Shown here in pieces: positions 28,249 to 37,561 of a DNA stretch of 53,828 nucleotides. The DNA comes from a virus. Its lineage: Duplodnaviria; Caudoviricetes. The notes under the pieces are model-generated. The model had not been told where the DNA came from and ran no database searches. It saw only the letters and a list, made by a program, of their open reading frames with translations. Numbering within the stretch: position 1 is the first letter of the stretch; each line of letters begins with the position of its first letter. Position numbers and translations under genes: made by a program. Location of the stretch: the IMG/VR virus record IMGVR_UViG_3300037325_000128, positions 1-53,828 of that record, one strand, 5' to 3'.

Positions 28249-29442
28249 TCACCCTTTGATGCAGATAATCTGTTTTAGTGTTTCCACTACATCCACAAGG
28301 TCAGTTTGTGCAGCCATGACTTGGTCAATGTCCTTGTACGCACCCGGAATTTCATCGATCACATCGGCGTCTTTGCGGCATTCTACACCAGCGGTCTGCT
28401 TTTCCAAATCCAGCGAGGTAAAAAGTTTCTTAGCCTGGTTACGGCTCATTTTACGACCAGCGCCGTGGCTACACGAACAATAGGATCCTTGGTTACCTTT
28501 CCCACGCACAATGAAGGACTTCGCACCCATTGACCCAGGTATAATTCCCATCTGTCCAAGTTTCGCAGATACCGCACCCTTCCTGGTTATCCACATTTCT
28601 TCATTGTTGTGTTCTTCCCACGACGTGAAGTTATGATGACAGTTTACAACTTCGCCAATCGTAATCATCTGAGGAAACTTGTTCTTTAAAACAGCAAGTA
28701 CCAGATTCATCATGGTGTCGCGATTAAATCGCGCATAGTCTTGTGCCCAGTACATAGCCTCGATATATGCATCAAATTCTGCCGTACCTTCGTCTAACCA
28801 TGCCAAATCTTTATCCGCTAGCCCCCAGCCGCGAACAGCAGCCTGCTTCTTAGCCAACTCGATTGCCACAGTACCGATTTGATTACCAATGCCGCGAGAT
28901 CCCGAATGCAACATTACCCAGACACGATCTTCTAAGTCCAAGCAGATTTCGATGAAGTGATTGCCTCCACCCAGTGTTCCAATCTGGCGACCGATTCGTT
29001 TTTCGTCAGTGCGTCCAAGTTTTGCCTTCATAGCTAGCTTGTCCCATCGCTCCATCGTCTTGCGCAAATTCTTACGTAGAACATCGGCATACGGGCCGGA
29101 GACTGACGGTATTCCTGCCTTATGCTCGTTGAAGCCTACGGGAATATCTCTCTCAATCTGATTACGTAGGGAATACAGAGACTCTGGAAGATCATTCGCA
29201 GTAAGATTAGTCATGACTGCGCACATACCACAGCCGATATCCACACCCACGGCTGCCGGTATGATTGCATTACGAGTTGGAATTACCGAACCCACAGTTG
29301 CACCTTTACCAATATGAACATCTGGCATGATAGCCATATGTCCTGATAGTATTGGTAACTGGGAGATATTAATAATCTGCTCTAGAGCAGATTCCTCAAC
29401 TTCCATGTCTCCCACCCACATTTTTACATTCTCAATTTCCAT
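28249..29442 (-). CDS. rtcB: RNA ligase RtcB
   Basis: MPDVH.G.G, VGVDIGCG, GTLGGGNHF, HSGSRG, CHHN, PGSMG, SHGAGR, AYKDI. Confidence 0.97.
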   Translation of the reverse strand: MEIENVKMWVGDMEVEESALEQIINISQLPILSGHMAIMPDVHIGKGATVGSVIPTRNAIIPAAVGVDIGCGMCAVMTNLTANDLPESLYSLRNQIERDIPVGFNEHKAGIPSVSGPYADVLRKNLRKTMERWDKLAMKAKLGRTDEKRIGRQIGTLGGGNHFIEICLDLEDRVWVMLHSGSRGIGNQIGTVAIELAKKQAAVRGWGLADKDLAWLDEGTAEFDAYIEAMYWAQDYARFNRDTMMNLVLAVLKNKFPQMITIGEVVNCHHNFTSWEEHNNEEMWITRKGAVSAKLGQMGIIPGSMGAKSFIVRGKGNQGSYCSCSHGAGRKMSRNQAKKLFTSLDLEKQTAGVECRKDADVIDEIPGAYKDIDQVMAAQTDLVDVVETLKQIICIKG

Positions 29443-29446
29443 AATC

Positions 29447-29620
29447 TTACCTTTGTTCGATTTGTTCCGACATCTCGGCCATCATTCCCAGCATTTGTTC
29501 GGCAAATTCCTTCCATTCTTCCAAGTCTGTAAACGGAATGGCAACGACATTATTAATATGGAGATATAATCCATCATCCTCGACGGAAAATAACAACTCC
29601 TTTTTATTCGGTGTAATCAT
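29447..29620 (-). CDS. small hypothetical protein (57 aa)
   Basis: Manual: MITPNKKELLF..EQIEQR. Confidence 0.55.
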   Translation of the reverse strand: MITPNKKELLFSVEDDGLYLHINNVVAIPFTDLEEWKEFAEQMLGMMAEMSEQIEQR

Positions 29621-29787
29621 GATTTATATGCTTAAGGTTTTTCCAGTTTTTAGGCACCAAGCGACCACATCCTCAGTGGGAATCAAGCACATCTCTCCGC
29701 TGTGCTTTTTCACCGGCTTTAATGCGGGACTCGGGTCTAGTATCATAATTTTCACATAATCTATCAACCGTTACAGATTCATCTGCT

Positions 29788-30654
29788 CTACTTAACAGTG
29801 TTCTTGACAGAATTGCTGAGGCGTTTAGATAATTTATTCTGACCAGAGATAAGAATCGAAGTTATGTCTTGACTGAGGTCTGTCTTAACATCTGCAGGAA
29901 GGGTCCAATCTTCGAACATATTCTCATGTTTACTTACAATTGAGTTGATAAGTAATACCCAATCCCTGCCATCAAGGTTTGATCTCCGAATGATGTCAAT
30001 TGTAAGTTGTCTAATAAGATGCGGCCATTCTTTAAATATTGCGCGGGTTTCGGTCTTAGTCGACAACGATTGTATATTTTTCAAAAGTACAACAAAATTA
30101 GATTTATTGTAGTCTACCATCGTTTGCCAGAACCGGAAAGAAGATTTGAGTATGATAATATCCTCGATATGATTTTGCAAAAACTTAATGTTAATACCTA
30201 AGAGTTTATGTAATACATCACGGGAAATTACCGGCCTAAAATCAGTATTATCATATACCCACTCTGGATTTTTAAGAAAAATATCGGCCTGGCTGGCGCT
30301 AGATAGCTTATTGAATATATCGATCCGTATGTACTTCATAAAATCAACCGAAAGAATAGATAAGTAGTCTCTAATATGGAGCTGATGCAGTTCTGCATCA
30401 GCTATTGGATATCTATCTGCATATCCAATTAGATTCCCTTGATATAGCGTTACCATGGCCACACGCTCTTTAAGAGAAAAATTCTCGGGATTTATGATCC
30501 CTTCGTAGAATTTAAAATCAGAAGATAGCAATGAAAATTTATCATACACAGAAAGATTATCAAAGGAAAACAAGTGAGTTTTAACTCTGACCAGTTTACC
30601 GATGTCAATGCACTTACTTAAAATACCCATTTCTCTGACAGATTTGCATGCCAT
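29788..30654 (-). CDS. hypothetical helical protein
   Basis: 288 aa, AT-rich. Confidence 0.75.
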   Translation of the reverse strand: MACKSVREMGILSKCIDIGKLVRVKTHLFSFDNLSVYDKFSLLSSDFKFYEGIINPENFSLKERVAMVTLYQGNLIGYADRYPIADAELHQLHIRDYLSILSVDFMKYIRIDIFNKLSSASQADIFLKNPEWVYDNTDFRPVISRDVLHKLLGINIKFLQNHIEDIIILKSSFRFWQTMVDYNKSNFVVLLKNIQSLSTKTETRAIFKEWPHLIRQLTIDIIRRSNLDGRDWVLLINSIVSKHENMFEDWTLPADVKTDLSQDITSILISGQNKLSKRLSNSVKNTVK

Positions 30655-30655
30655 G

Positions 30656-31435
30656 TTATATTTCCAATATTAGATTTGGGTTAAACGCAACGTTAATAGA
30701 ACGGTTCCAGTATCCGTAGGGATTACATACTACGCGAGTTTCATTAATAACATAATCAAACGGCTGATGAATGTGACCATGTACCCACAGTTTCACATCA
30801 GTGAACCACCCGATAAAAGCTTCTTTATCGGCGAAGTAGCAATGGTCGAGGAGACCTCGGTCGTCTCCCCTACGTATAGGGTTACCAGGGCTATGGTGTG
30901 TCATAATTACAGTAGGTCCATCAAATTGAACTGCAAGACTTACTTCAAGAAAATCCATAAATTTCTTATGTTCGTTGGCAATAAACTCTGGCGTCACATT
31001 GCGACCGTTTAATTTAATAACCTGGTAATCGATCATTTCATTTAGGGCAGTATTCATGACAAACAAATTTCCGTTGTCAAAGCTAGTCCACATTGTACCA
31101 CCTAAAAATCTTACACCGTCCAGGATCCTAGAATCATTATGTAAGAAGTGAAAGTTTTTCGGGCCACTCTCTTCGAACTCTTGCCACTTCTTAATAACAC
31201 TGAAAAATTCCTGATCATAAAATTCATGATTTCCGCATATACGTAGTACGTATTTGAAGTGCTTACACACCTCTTCAATGAATTCGTGATCCATAGTAGC
31301 AACATCGATATCTCCTGCAAGCAACAGTGTCGTTTCTTTATTGCTACCATCTGTTTCCTTGATGGAATTGAAAATGTGGTCGAACATATGCTCCCTACAT
31401 TCTAAATGCAAATCTGACCATAGTTTTATTTTCAT
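30656..31435 (-). CDS. calcineurin-like metallophosphoesterase
   Basis: SDLHLE, LAGDI, GNHE, THHSP, HGHIH, NPYGY. Confidence 0.93.
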   Translation of the reverse strand: MKIKLWSDLHLECREHMFDHIFNSIKETDGSNKETTLLLAGDIDVATMDHEFIEEVCKHFKYVLRICGNHEFYDQEFFSVIKKWQEFEESGPKNFHFLHNDSRILDGVRFLGGTMWTSFDNGNLFVMNTALNEMIDYQVIKLNGRNVTPEFIANEHKKFMDFLEVSLAVQFDGPTVIMTHHSPGNPIRRGDDRGLLDHCYFADKEAFIGWFTDVKLWVHGHIHQPFDYVINETRVVCNPYGYWNRSINVAFNPNLILEI

Positions 31436-31890
31436 ATTATCAGTCCTTTTCGTTTTCTTCTTGCAATTTCCCATTTGTACTGCTTAGTCGAATATTTTTG
31501 ACCATCTATCCAAAATTCTTTAGGCCCAGACGAGCTTATAACCGCAGGACCATCTAGCCTGTGTAATAGTCCATTTTCGTACCATGTTTCATTTTTATTA
31601 TAGATCATCGCCGCGCCGCCTATGCGATGCGGTCGACCATGTTTGAACCACATTACACAATTGTAGTGCCCACTGGTATAAGCTGGTCCGGAAATTCTGT
31701 GAATTTCACCTGAGGGATTATAGTAGATTATATCAAACTTATTTTTATTCTTTACATTAAGAAGTGTACCCCATATGGAATACGCCCACTGAATATTTTC
31801 GCGCCAGGGCGCTGGTGGAGCGTCAGCAGGTCTTATTTGCCTATCTAAAGTTAGCTCATCATATAATGCATCGATGGAATTGTCAGACAT
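31432..31890 (-). CDS. HRxxGPA repeat protein
   Basis: IHRISGPA, PHRIGGAA, LHRLDGPA. Confidence 0.8.
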   Translation of the reverse strand: MSDNSIDALYDELTLDRQIRPADAPPAPWRENIQWAYSIWGTLLNVKNKNKFDIIYYNPSGEIHRISGPAYTSGHYNCVMWFKHGRPHRIGGAAMIYNKNETWYENGLLHRLDGPAVISSSGPKEFWIDGQKYSTKQYKWEIARRKRKGLII

Positions 31891-31915
31891 GCTACATTAT
31901 AGCACATTAGTTTAG

Positions 31916-32257
31916 TTAGTCAATCTGTGAACAGACTTCTAGGAATCGTTCTATCCCGCCGTGTAATTTTACCATGACCGAATCCATTTCCGAAAATAAA
32001 ACAATGCTGCTCTTGGCAATGAAATACGGGTATTGCATTCTAGACATTGCCATCTGATGTCTCGACATTATGGTGTCGGGCAACTCAAACACATAAGGAG
32101 TGAATATATTCCTTATGACTAAGAAACCGTTCTTAGTTAGCCTAAGACTTGTTTGATGATAGAATATTTTTTCATTCATTTCACAGTCGTTTAAAGATAT
32201 TGATTTGTCGAAATTATTTCTAACTTCTGAAAAGATTGCAATCTTGAGTGGGTTCAT
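31916..32257 (-). CDS. conserved hypothetical protein
   Basis: SLRLTKNGF..QYPYFI..VLFSEMD; start placed at MNPLK. Confidence 0.75.
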   Translation of the reverse strand: MNPLKIAIFSEVRNNFDKSISLNDCEMNEKIFYHQTSLRLTKNGFLVIRNIFTPYVFELPDTIMSRHQMAMSRMQYPYFIAKSSIVLFSEMDSVMVKLHGGIERFLEVCSQID

Positions 32258-32265
32258 GCATATAT

Positions 32266-32493
32266 TTATACAAGCCAGCGAAAGATTCCCACTATGTTTA
32301 TTACCACGAAGAACCATAACTGATGTTCTATTTCTGGCGGAGTAGTTGTGTGCCGAATAATATATAATGTGGCAAAATTTGATGCAAGGAATAGTATATA
32401 TGCCCAACCGCTTATTGGTAAGTTTAGGGCCAGCATTGTGGAAGCCAAGATGGCACCCCAGAACGATATTAGGCCAAGTAGTTTTCTTAGCAT
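32266..32493 (-). CDS. small membrane protein
   Basis: Three TM segments ending GIFRWLV. Confidence 0.75.
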   Translation of the reverse strand: MLRKLLGLISFWGAILASTMLALNLPISGWAYILFLASNFATLYIIRHTTTPPEIEHQLWFFVVINIVGIFRWLV

Positions 32494-32511
32494 TATGTGA
32501 TAAATAGCATT

Positions 32512-32880
32512 ATGAAATTAATTGAATTTGTACAAGACCACATGGTAACACATCTACTGTCCCTGTGTAAGTCTGAATTGAACATACAAGACTTACCGCC
32601 AATAGAGCTTATTGATACCGACCACACGGTTGGTGGCAGCACATCCTTTGGATTATTTGACGGTGAAAAAATACAGGTAATAACTCTCGGTAGACATCAG
32701 ATGGATATAATGAGAACACTCGCCCACGAACTAGTTCACTGGAAGCAGCAGCAAGAAGGCATGGAGCTGAACGGGGAAGACGGGAGCGAAATAGAAAACC
32801 AAGCAAACGCAATTGCAGCAGTTATAATGAGGAAATTTGGTAAAAAATATCCCCATTATTTCGTTAGCTCCTTGCCTTAG
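32512..32880 (+). CDS. zincin-like metallopeptidase
   Basis: RTLAHELVHWKQ..ENQAN; ATAAATA 5 nt upstream. Confidence 0.85.
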   Translation: MKLIEFVQDHMVTHLLSLCKSELNIQDLPPIELIDTDHTVGGSTSFGLFDGEKIQVITLGRHQMDIMRTLAHELVHWKQQQEGMELNGEDGSEIENQANAIAAVIMRKFGKKYPHYFVSSLP

Positions 32881-33173
32881 TCCTCTTCTTGGGTAAGTGG
32901 ATCGCCACTTACAAGTTTATAAACTTCAAACTCTTCTGTTTTGAACTGTTTATTTAATCTTTCTGCCAGATTAAAAGCATGTCCTGAATTGCTAAAACTG
33001 CACTTCCTATATTTCGGCCCCGGATACGATATTAAGTGATTCACCGTACGAATATTTATCGGCTTACTTTGGTAAAAAACTGCATAAATAGCGTCTGCTT
33101 CTAAAATTTGCTCTGCTTTGTAGGTCTTAGAATTTAAGTTTTCTAAAATAACATTAGGTTTGGGTCTGGCCAT
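32877..33173 (-). CDS. conserved phage hypothetical protein
   Basis: MARPKP..AVFYQ..PKY..SFSNSGHAFNLAERLN; GGAG RBS. Confidence 0.85.
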   Translation of the reverse strand: MARPKPNVILENLNSKTYKAEQILEADAIYAVFYQSKPINIRTVNHLISYPGPKYRKCSFSNSGHAFNLAERLNKQFKTEEFEVYKLVSGDPLTQEED

Positions 33174-33237
33174 TTTCTATATCTCCAATAAATATGCATA
33201 TATTTATCAAAAATCTAGTTATAATGTAATGATATTA

Positions 33238-33507
33238 CTAGTGTCGAAGCATTTCAATCATTATCTCTTTATTTATATCTTCGATTATATCGGATGAGAT
33301 TTTATCATCTGAAAGTCTTTGTACAGAATTATATGCCCACACCGTGCCGAGATCAGAAGTTTCTGCATGCTTGCCGTATTTGTAGAGCATTTTGTAAACA
33401 CGAAGATTGCAGTCTTTGACAAAGTTGCCTGTAGATCCGACGGGTCGTACATAAATTACTTTACTCTCATACTCATACTCTGCATATCCAATTGCTTTAT
33501 ACTTCAT
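33238..33507 (-). CDS. hypothetical protein
   Basis: 89 aa, ATGA coupling. Confidence 0.7.
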   Translation of the reverse strand: MKYKAIGYAEYEYESKVIYVRPVGSTGNFVKDCNLRVYKMLYKYGKHAETSDLGTVWAYNSVQRLSDDKISSDIIEDINKEIMIEMLRH

Positions 33508-33992
33508 TTCTTTTCTTTTCTTAACTTAGACAGGGCACTGCGCATTTCCATTTCAGTACTGAACGGCCCAGCATATTCATACAGATTCAGTGTTGATAAT
33601 TTTGGACAAAACGCAGGCATCCAGTTTTTAGTAAAGTTTAAGCAGTAATACCCAGCACCATAAAACACGTCACTTGTGGGTTTCTTACTGTATAACGGTA
33701 GTGAGTTTCCTTTTATAATAACCTCGTGTGGTCTATCGAATTCAACAGGAAACCCATTAATGAAGTATTTCTTACCTGCCTCCATTCCCTCGACAGATTC
33801 CACCATATTTCCAAAAATGTTTTCCTGAAAAAATCCGTTTACTTCTTTCCTGCTTAAGAACTGTATCTTCTGTCCTTTAGACATAAGGATATACTGATTT
33901 CTACTTTCTGTTAGCAATCCAATTCTTGTATCATCTGTGTCACCTATGACTAGCCAGCTTGTTTCGGTAATCGGTTTCAATTTTACAGTCAT
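33504..33992 (-). CDS. conserved hypothetical protein
   Basis: AGYY..FCPKL..YAGPF. Confidence 0.8.
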   Translation of the reverse strand: MTVKLKPITETSWLVIGDTDDTRIGLLTESRNQYILMSKGQKIQFLSRKEVNGFFQENIFGNMVESVEGMEAGKKYFINGFPVEFDRPHEVIIKGNSLPLYSKKPTSDVFYGAGYYCLNFTKNWMPAFCPKLSTLNLYEYAGPFSTEMEMRSALSKLRKEKK

Positions 33993-34134
33993 ATTATTTT
34001 TATTACTTCCATGTTAGTATATTTTTATAGTGTACATGAATACCTCATTGGTATACAGGCAGGGTTACTGCTAGTTCGGTAGGCCAGTTTTATACACTTC
34101 CTATAAGTCTCTACGAATCTTCGAGCATGTCTTT

Positions 34135-35175
34135 TTATTTATCCGGTGCATATTTAGATTTCATCATGGGCATGAAGTCTGTGGAGTTATTACCGATTTT
34201 TTTAAGATCCCATTTTCCGCAAAACTTCATAAATCCAAACCCGATTTCCACTGCTGGGATATTTTTTCTCCCAAGCTCCGTTGCAATGATTGCCAGGCTT
34301 TCCTCTTTAATGTCTGCCGGTATTAATGAGAGATCGATAAGGGATCGGTTTCTTTCGTACTGCTCCTTAACTCTATGCTCGGCATTGTTGTGGTCAACCC
34401 ATTTCTGTAGCATAAAATTATTCCAATCGTAGCCTTTAGACTTGTCCCCATATGCTTCGCGAATACCAATTTTGTCCTTTGTTCCTTTTTCTCGAACACC
34501 CGGGTATGCACTGAAGATATTATCAACACTATCGCCTCGAATACATTTTAAGAACAATGCGTATTCATACCACTGATCTTCACAGACATAGTCGGGGTCA
34601 GGCTTTCCTACTTTGATCTTGGCATTGGATCCAATGGTAAACGATAAGCGCTTTCCGTCGTCGTCGAAAATGCCGTCGCGCCTAATTTGAATGTCTTTAA
34701 TGGGATCATACAGCATCACGTTAGGATGGCGGAGCAATTGGAAAAAGTCTGAATCTGAACTGATAAGTACGTGTTTGTCGTCGGGATGAGCTTCGATGAA
34801 TATTGAAATCATATCATCTGCCTCTGCTTTGGGGTTTTTAAGAACTGTTATATTTGTCTTCTGCGACAAATACAGCGCAAGGTCGTCAAACGCCTCTACT
34901 AGAATAGAGTGATTCTCCTGTTCTGTCTGGGTTTGTTGTGCAAACGCCACCTTACGGTTAGCCTTATACGCGGGATAAACATCCTTGCGCCACGACCTGC
35001 CTTCCATATAAAACACAGTATGGGTACCGCCCCATTTGTTATATTCTTTTTTCATGCTGTAGAGAATCATGTGTAGTGCCATACCGATCATGCTGTCTAT
35101 GCCTAACTTGGGGTTGGTCATGTTGGCTTGACGATGAAATAGGTTGTGCCCATCTGTGTGAATAAAAGTATGCAT
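34135..35175 (-). CDS. rnh: T4 RNase H-like 5'-3' nuclease (FEN family)
   Basis: DGHN, SWRK..YKANR, EADD, SSDSDFFQL, RGDSVDNI. Confidence 0.93.
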   Translation of the reverse strand: MHTFIHTDGHNLFHRQANMTNPKLGIDSMIGMALHMILYSMKKEYNKWGGTHTVFYMEGRSWRKDVYPAYKANRKVAFAQQTQTEQENHSILVEAFDDLALYLSQKTNITVLKNPKAEADDMISIFIEAHPDDKHVLISSDSDFFQLLRHPNVMLYDPIKDIQIRRDGIFDDDGKRLSFTIGSNAKIKVGKPDPDYVCEDQWYEYALFLKCIRGDSVDNIFSAYPGVREKGTKDKIGIREAYGDKSKGYDWNNFMLQKWVDHNNAEHRVKEQYERNRSLIDLSLIPADIKEESLAIIATELGRKNIPAVEIGFGFMKFCGKWDLKKIGNNSTDFMPMMKSKYAPDK

Positions 35176-35181
35176 ATAGAT

Positions 35182-35210
35182 ATTATAGTTGATGTGAGTG
35201 TTAATGTCAA
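35182..35210 (-). promoter_or_regulatory. consensus sigma70 promoter of rnh
   Basis: TTGACA-17-TATAAT, ATG 6 nt downstream. Confidence 0.85.
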
Positions 35211-35224
35211 TTGGTATATGTCGG

Positions 35225-35252
35225 TTGACTTTAGCGATGGCCCAGCTATACT
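35225..35252 (+). promoter_or_regulatory. divergent promoter facing the repeat array
   Basis: TTGACT-16-TATACT. Confidence 0.5.
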
Positions 35253-35302
35253 GACATCAGCGCGGTGTCAACAAAACATTGCAGGAAATATTCCTGTAAT
35301 AG

Positions 35303-35402
35303 CAGAATTTCTATAGGATTTCTATCCTAGCAGGATTTCTGTAGGATTTCTGTAGGATTTCTGTAGGATTTCTATAGGATTTCTATTAAAGCAGAATTTC
35401 TG
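35303..35402 (+). repeat. 8 copies of 11-bp YAGRATTTCTR (5 contiguous)
   Basis: Read directly; intergenic. Confidence 0.95.
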
Positions 35403-35403
35403 C

Positions 35404-36036
35404 TTAACTATAACCTTTTCTGCCACCGCCGATGTGTTTCGATTCGGCTCCCCAGCGTTTCACTGCATCTAAATTGGCTTCCGAATCAGATGTGAAATTT
35501 CCTGTGCCGTCGAATTCCTCCATGGCAACATTCCTGCAGAGTTCCATGAACCATTGGTTGACGATATTGTCGGGGGTGGCCCCGACATATCCCTCTGTAT
35601 TGAGCTTATCGACGAAATACTCATTCCAATCTAGTTCAAAACTCCCCTCCAGAGATGATTTCTGAGTAAAGTCCATCTTTACTACATTAATCCACGGCTC
35701 CTTTTTTGCTGTGGCCAAAGCTTTGTCATAAGCTAACCCTGATATTTTTCCATATACTCTGTCTAGCTCTAGTGTAACAAGGGCTTTTTGATCCACATCA
35801 ACAATGAGTTCTGCTAGTGCCCTGTCATACTCCTCTTTGGTTATTCTTTTCCAGAAGAAATTTAGGTCCAGTATTTTTTCCTCGTATTCCTCAGGCCTAT
35901 ATTCGTCTTTTCTAATCTCGAGTATTTTTAGATACCTGTCAAAATCTTCTAACTCATATTCTGCTTTTGCGATTTCTCGACTCTTGCCGGCAAGACCCCA
36001 GTGGCCCGGTAAAGTTCCGAATGGTAATTTTAGCAT
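35404..36036 (-). CDS. conserved phage hypothetical protein
   Basis: ATAKKEPWI..GSFELDWNEYFV..IVNQWF. Confidence 0.85.
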   Translation of the reverse strand: MLKLPFGTLPGHWGLAGKSREIAKAEYELEDFDRYLKILEIRKDEYRPEEYEEKILDLNFFWKRITKEEYDRALAELIVDVDQKALVTLELDRVYGKISGLAYDKALATAKKEPWINVVKMDFTQKSSLEGSFELDWNEYFVDKLNTEGYVGATPDNIVNQWFMELCRNVAMEEFDGTGNFTSDSEANLDAVKRWGAESKHIGGGRKGYS

Positions 36037-36077
36037 ATATATATATTTCCTGTTTTTAAATGTTAGGTTGGTATTTT

Positions 36078-36111
36078 TATCTAGGTTTTCTATCTAGGTT
36101 TTCTATCTAGG
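36078..36111 (+). repeat. 2.6 x 13-bp repeat TATCTAGGTTTTC
   Basis: Read directly. Confidence 0.85.
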
Positions 36112-36168
36112 AAACCAAATCTGGTTTGGAAATCTAACTAGAGTATTCTTTAAATTTTATATGGGTAT

Positions 36169-36399
36169 TTATCCGTGTATAAGTTTAAAGGCTACTGCAT
36201 CGTCTTCGCGCTCGAATATCCATTCTGATGTCCACGTCTCTAGGGTATGTGGCTCGAAATAATCACTAACAAAAAATCTACCCTTACTATCATGTCGTTG
36301 ACACCAAAGCTTTAGACCATGTGTACCCACTCTTGTCGGTCCAATCTTAACAGAGAACCAATTTGCTCTGGAGTTTTTTCTTTTATTCCAATATTTCAT
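36169..36399 (-). CDS. paralog family B protein
   Basis: WIFEREDDAVAFKL; start placed at MKYWNK. Confidence 0.75.
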   Translation of the reverse strand: MKYWNKRKNSRANWFSVKIGPTRVGTHGLKLWCQRHDSKGRFFVSDYFEPHTLETWTSEWIFEREDDAVAFKLIHG

Positions 36400-36420
36400 G
36401 ATGCAAGGCTGGCGTTCGGT

Positions 36421-36525
36421 AAACTTCCACGAAAAGAGTGTCCACATTGTAACAAGATTATGGATGTGGGTAATTACGGAAGATACCACGGGGATAAGTG
36501 CAAATTACGCCAGGTTTGCGAATAA
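36421..36525 (+). pseudogene. C-terminal remnant of a homing-endonuclease-type gene
   Basis: KECPHCNKIMDVGNYGRYHGDKCK with no credible start or nuclease domain. Confidence 0.55.
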
Positions 36526-37377
36526 GTGCATTTGCATGTTCATTTTAAAACCGTGTTTCATACAATAGTTGCCGACATATTCGTGGTTTCGGGCAATAGC
36601 TGCCATGTCGAGTAATCCAGGTTCAAAGAAATTAATCTTCTCATCCACTGTGCTTCTTTCTGCCATTGTGATTGTACCTTTTTCGGCACGCAACAGTTTG
36701 ATCTTCTGTGGGAAGGAATTATATATATTCATTGGACTACAGTATATAACTTTTCCTGTAGTTCTTTTCCATTCGTGTGCCCAGTCTGGTACTTCATTGT
36801 ACGGACTATCTGCATCTGAGCTCATCACAAATTTTAAACAATCTGCACGTTCGAGTATAGTCTTGGACGGCTTAAAATACTTTGTTGCTTTGCCGGACTT
36901 CTCTGCACATTTGGGCGAGCATACCAATGTAACACCCTCAGGTACAGTCGTGTCCGGAATACCATTCGACTCCACCTGAACTGCCTTGTAGTCGCCAAGT
37001 TGTCGACTCATAAACTCGCTTATATTATCTTGTAACAAAGGTTCGCCACCTGTCATTACTAATACGATCCCGGAATGTAGTGGCCTGCCGGCGGATGATA
37101 TGGCCCATTCGGGTAATACAACATCCTTCCTCGAGGCACGAATAGTTTCTATTACTTTGGATTCAATCTCTTGATATGTCATCCAGTCGCCGTCGTCAAA
37201 GAAAGTGTCACAAAAGCTACATGTGAGATTGCATTTTGCAAGTCGAATAAACACTGCTGGCATGCCAGCGTACGGCCCTTCGCCTTGTAATGTATAGAAC
37301 ATACTAGTGACAAACAAGCTACCAGAAGGGGCCTCTTTGAAAAACTTTTTACCAATCAGCTCATTCGTACCAAACAT
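36505..37377 (-). CDS. queE: 7-carboxy-7-deazaguanine synthase (radical SAM)
   Basis: FYTLQGEG..G.PAVFIRLAKCNLTCSFCDT, TGGEP, VESNG, CSPK, QMH. Confidence 0.93.
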   Translation of the reverse strand: MFGTNELIGKKFFKEAPSGSLFVTSMFYTLQGEGPYAGMPAVFIRLAKCNLTCSFCDTFFDDGDWMTYQEIESKVIETIRASRKDVVLPEWAISSAGRPLHSGIVLVMTGGEPLLQDNISEFMSRQLGDYKAVQVESNGIPDTTVPEGVTLVCSPKCAEKSGKATKYFKPSKTILERADCLKFVMSSDADSPYNEVPDWAHEWKRTTGKVIYCSPMNIYNSFPQKIKLLRAEKGTITMAERSTVDEKINFFEPGLLDMAAIARNHEYVGNYCMKHGFKMNMQMHLFANLA

Positions 37378-37409
37378 ATTATTCCTTAGATTGTTTTAAT
37401 TTTCATACT

Positions 37410-37438
37410 ATTTTAGACGCTTGCAAGAGATATGTCAA
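37410..37438 (-). promoter_or_regulatory. sigma70-type promoter of queE
   Basis: TTGACA-17-TAAAAT. Confidence 0.7.
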
Positions 37439-37561
37439 CTTTCCTACAACATCGGTGTTGAGGTACCCCATTACCCGTTTCTCTGATCCCATGCATGAAT
37501 GAATTTTGACAGACGTTTCATCTTATCTTGTTTTGCTCTTTCCAGACATTCCTCTTGATGT

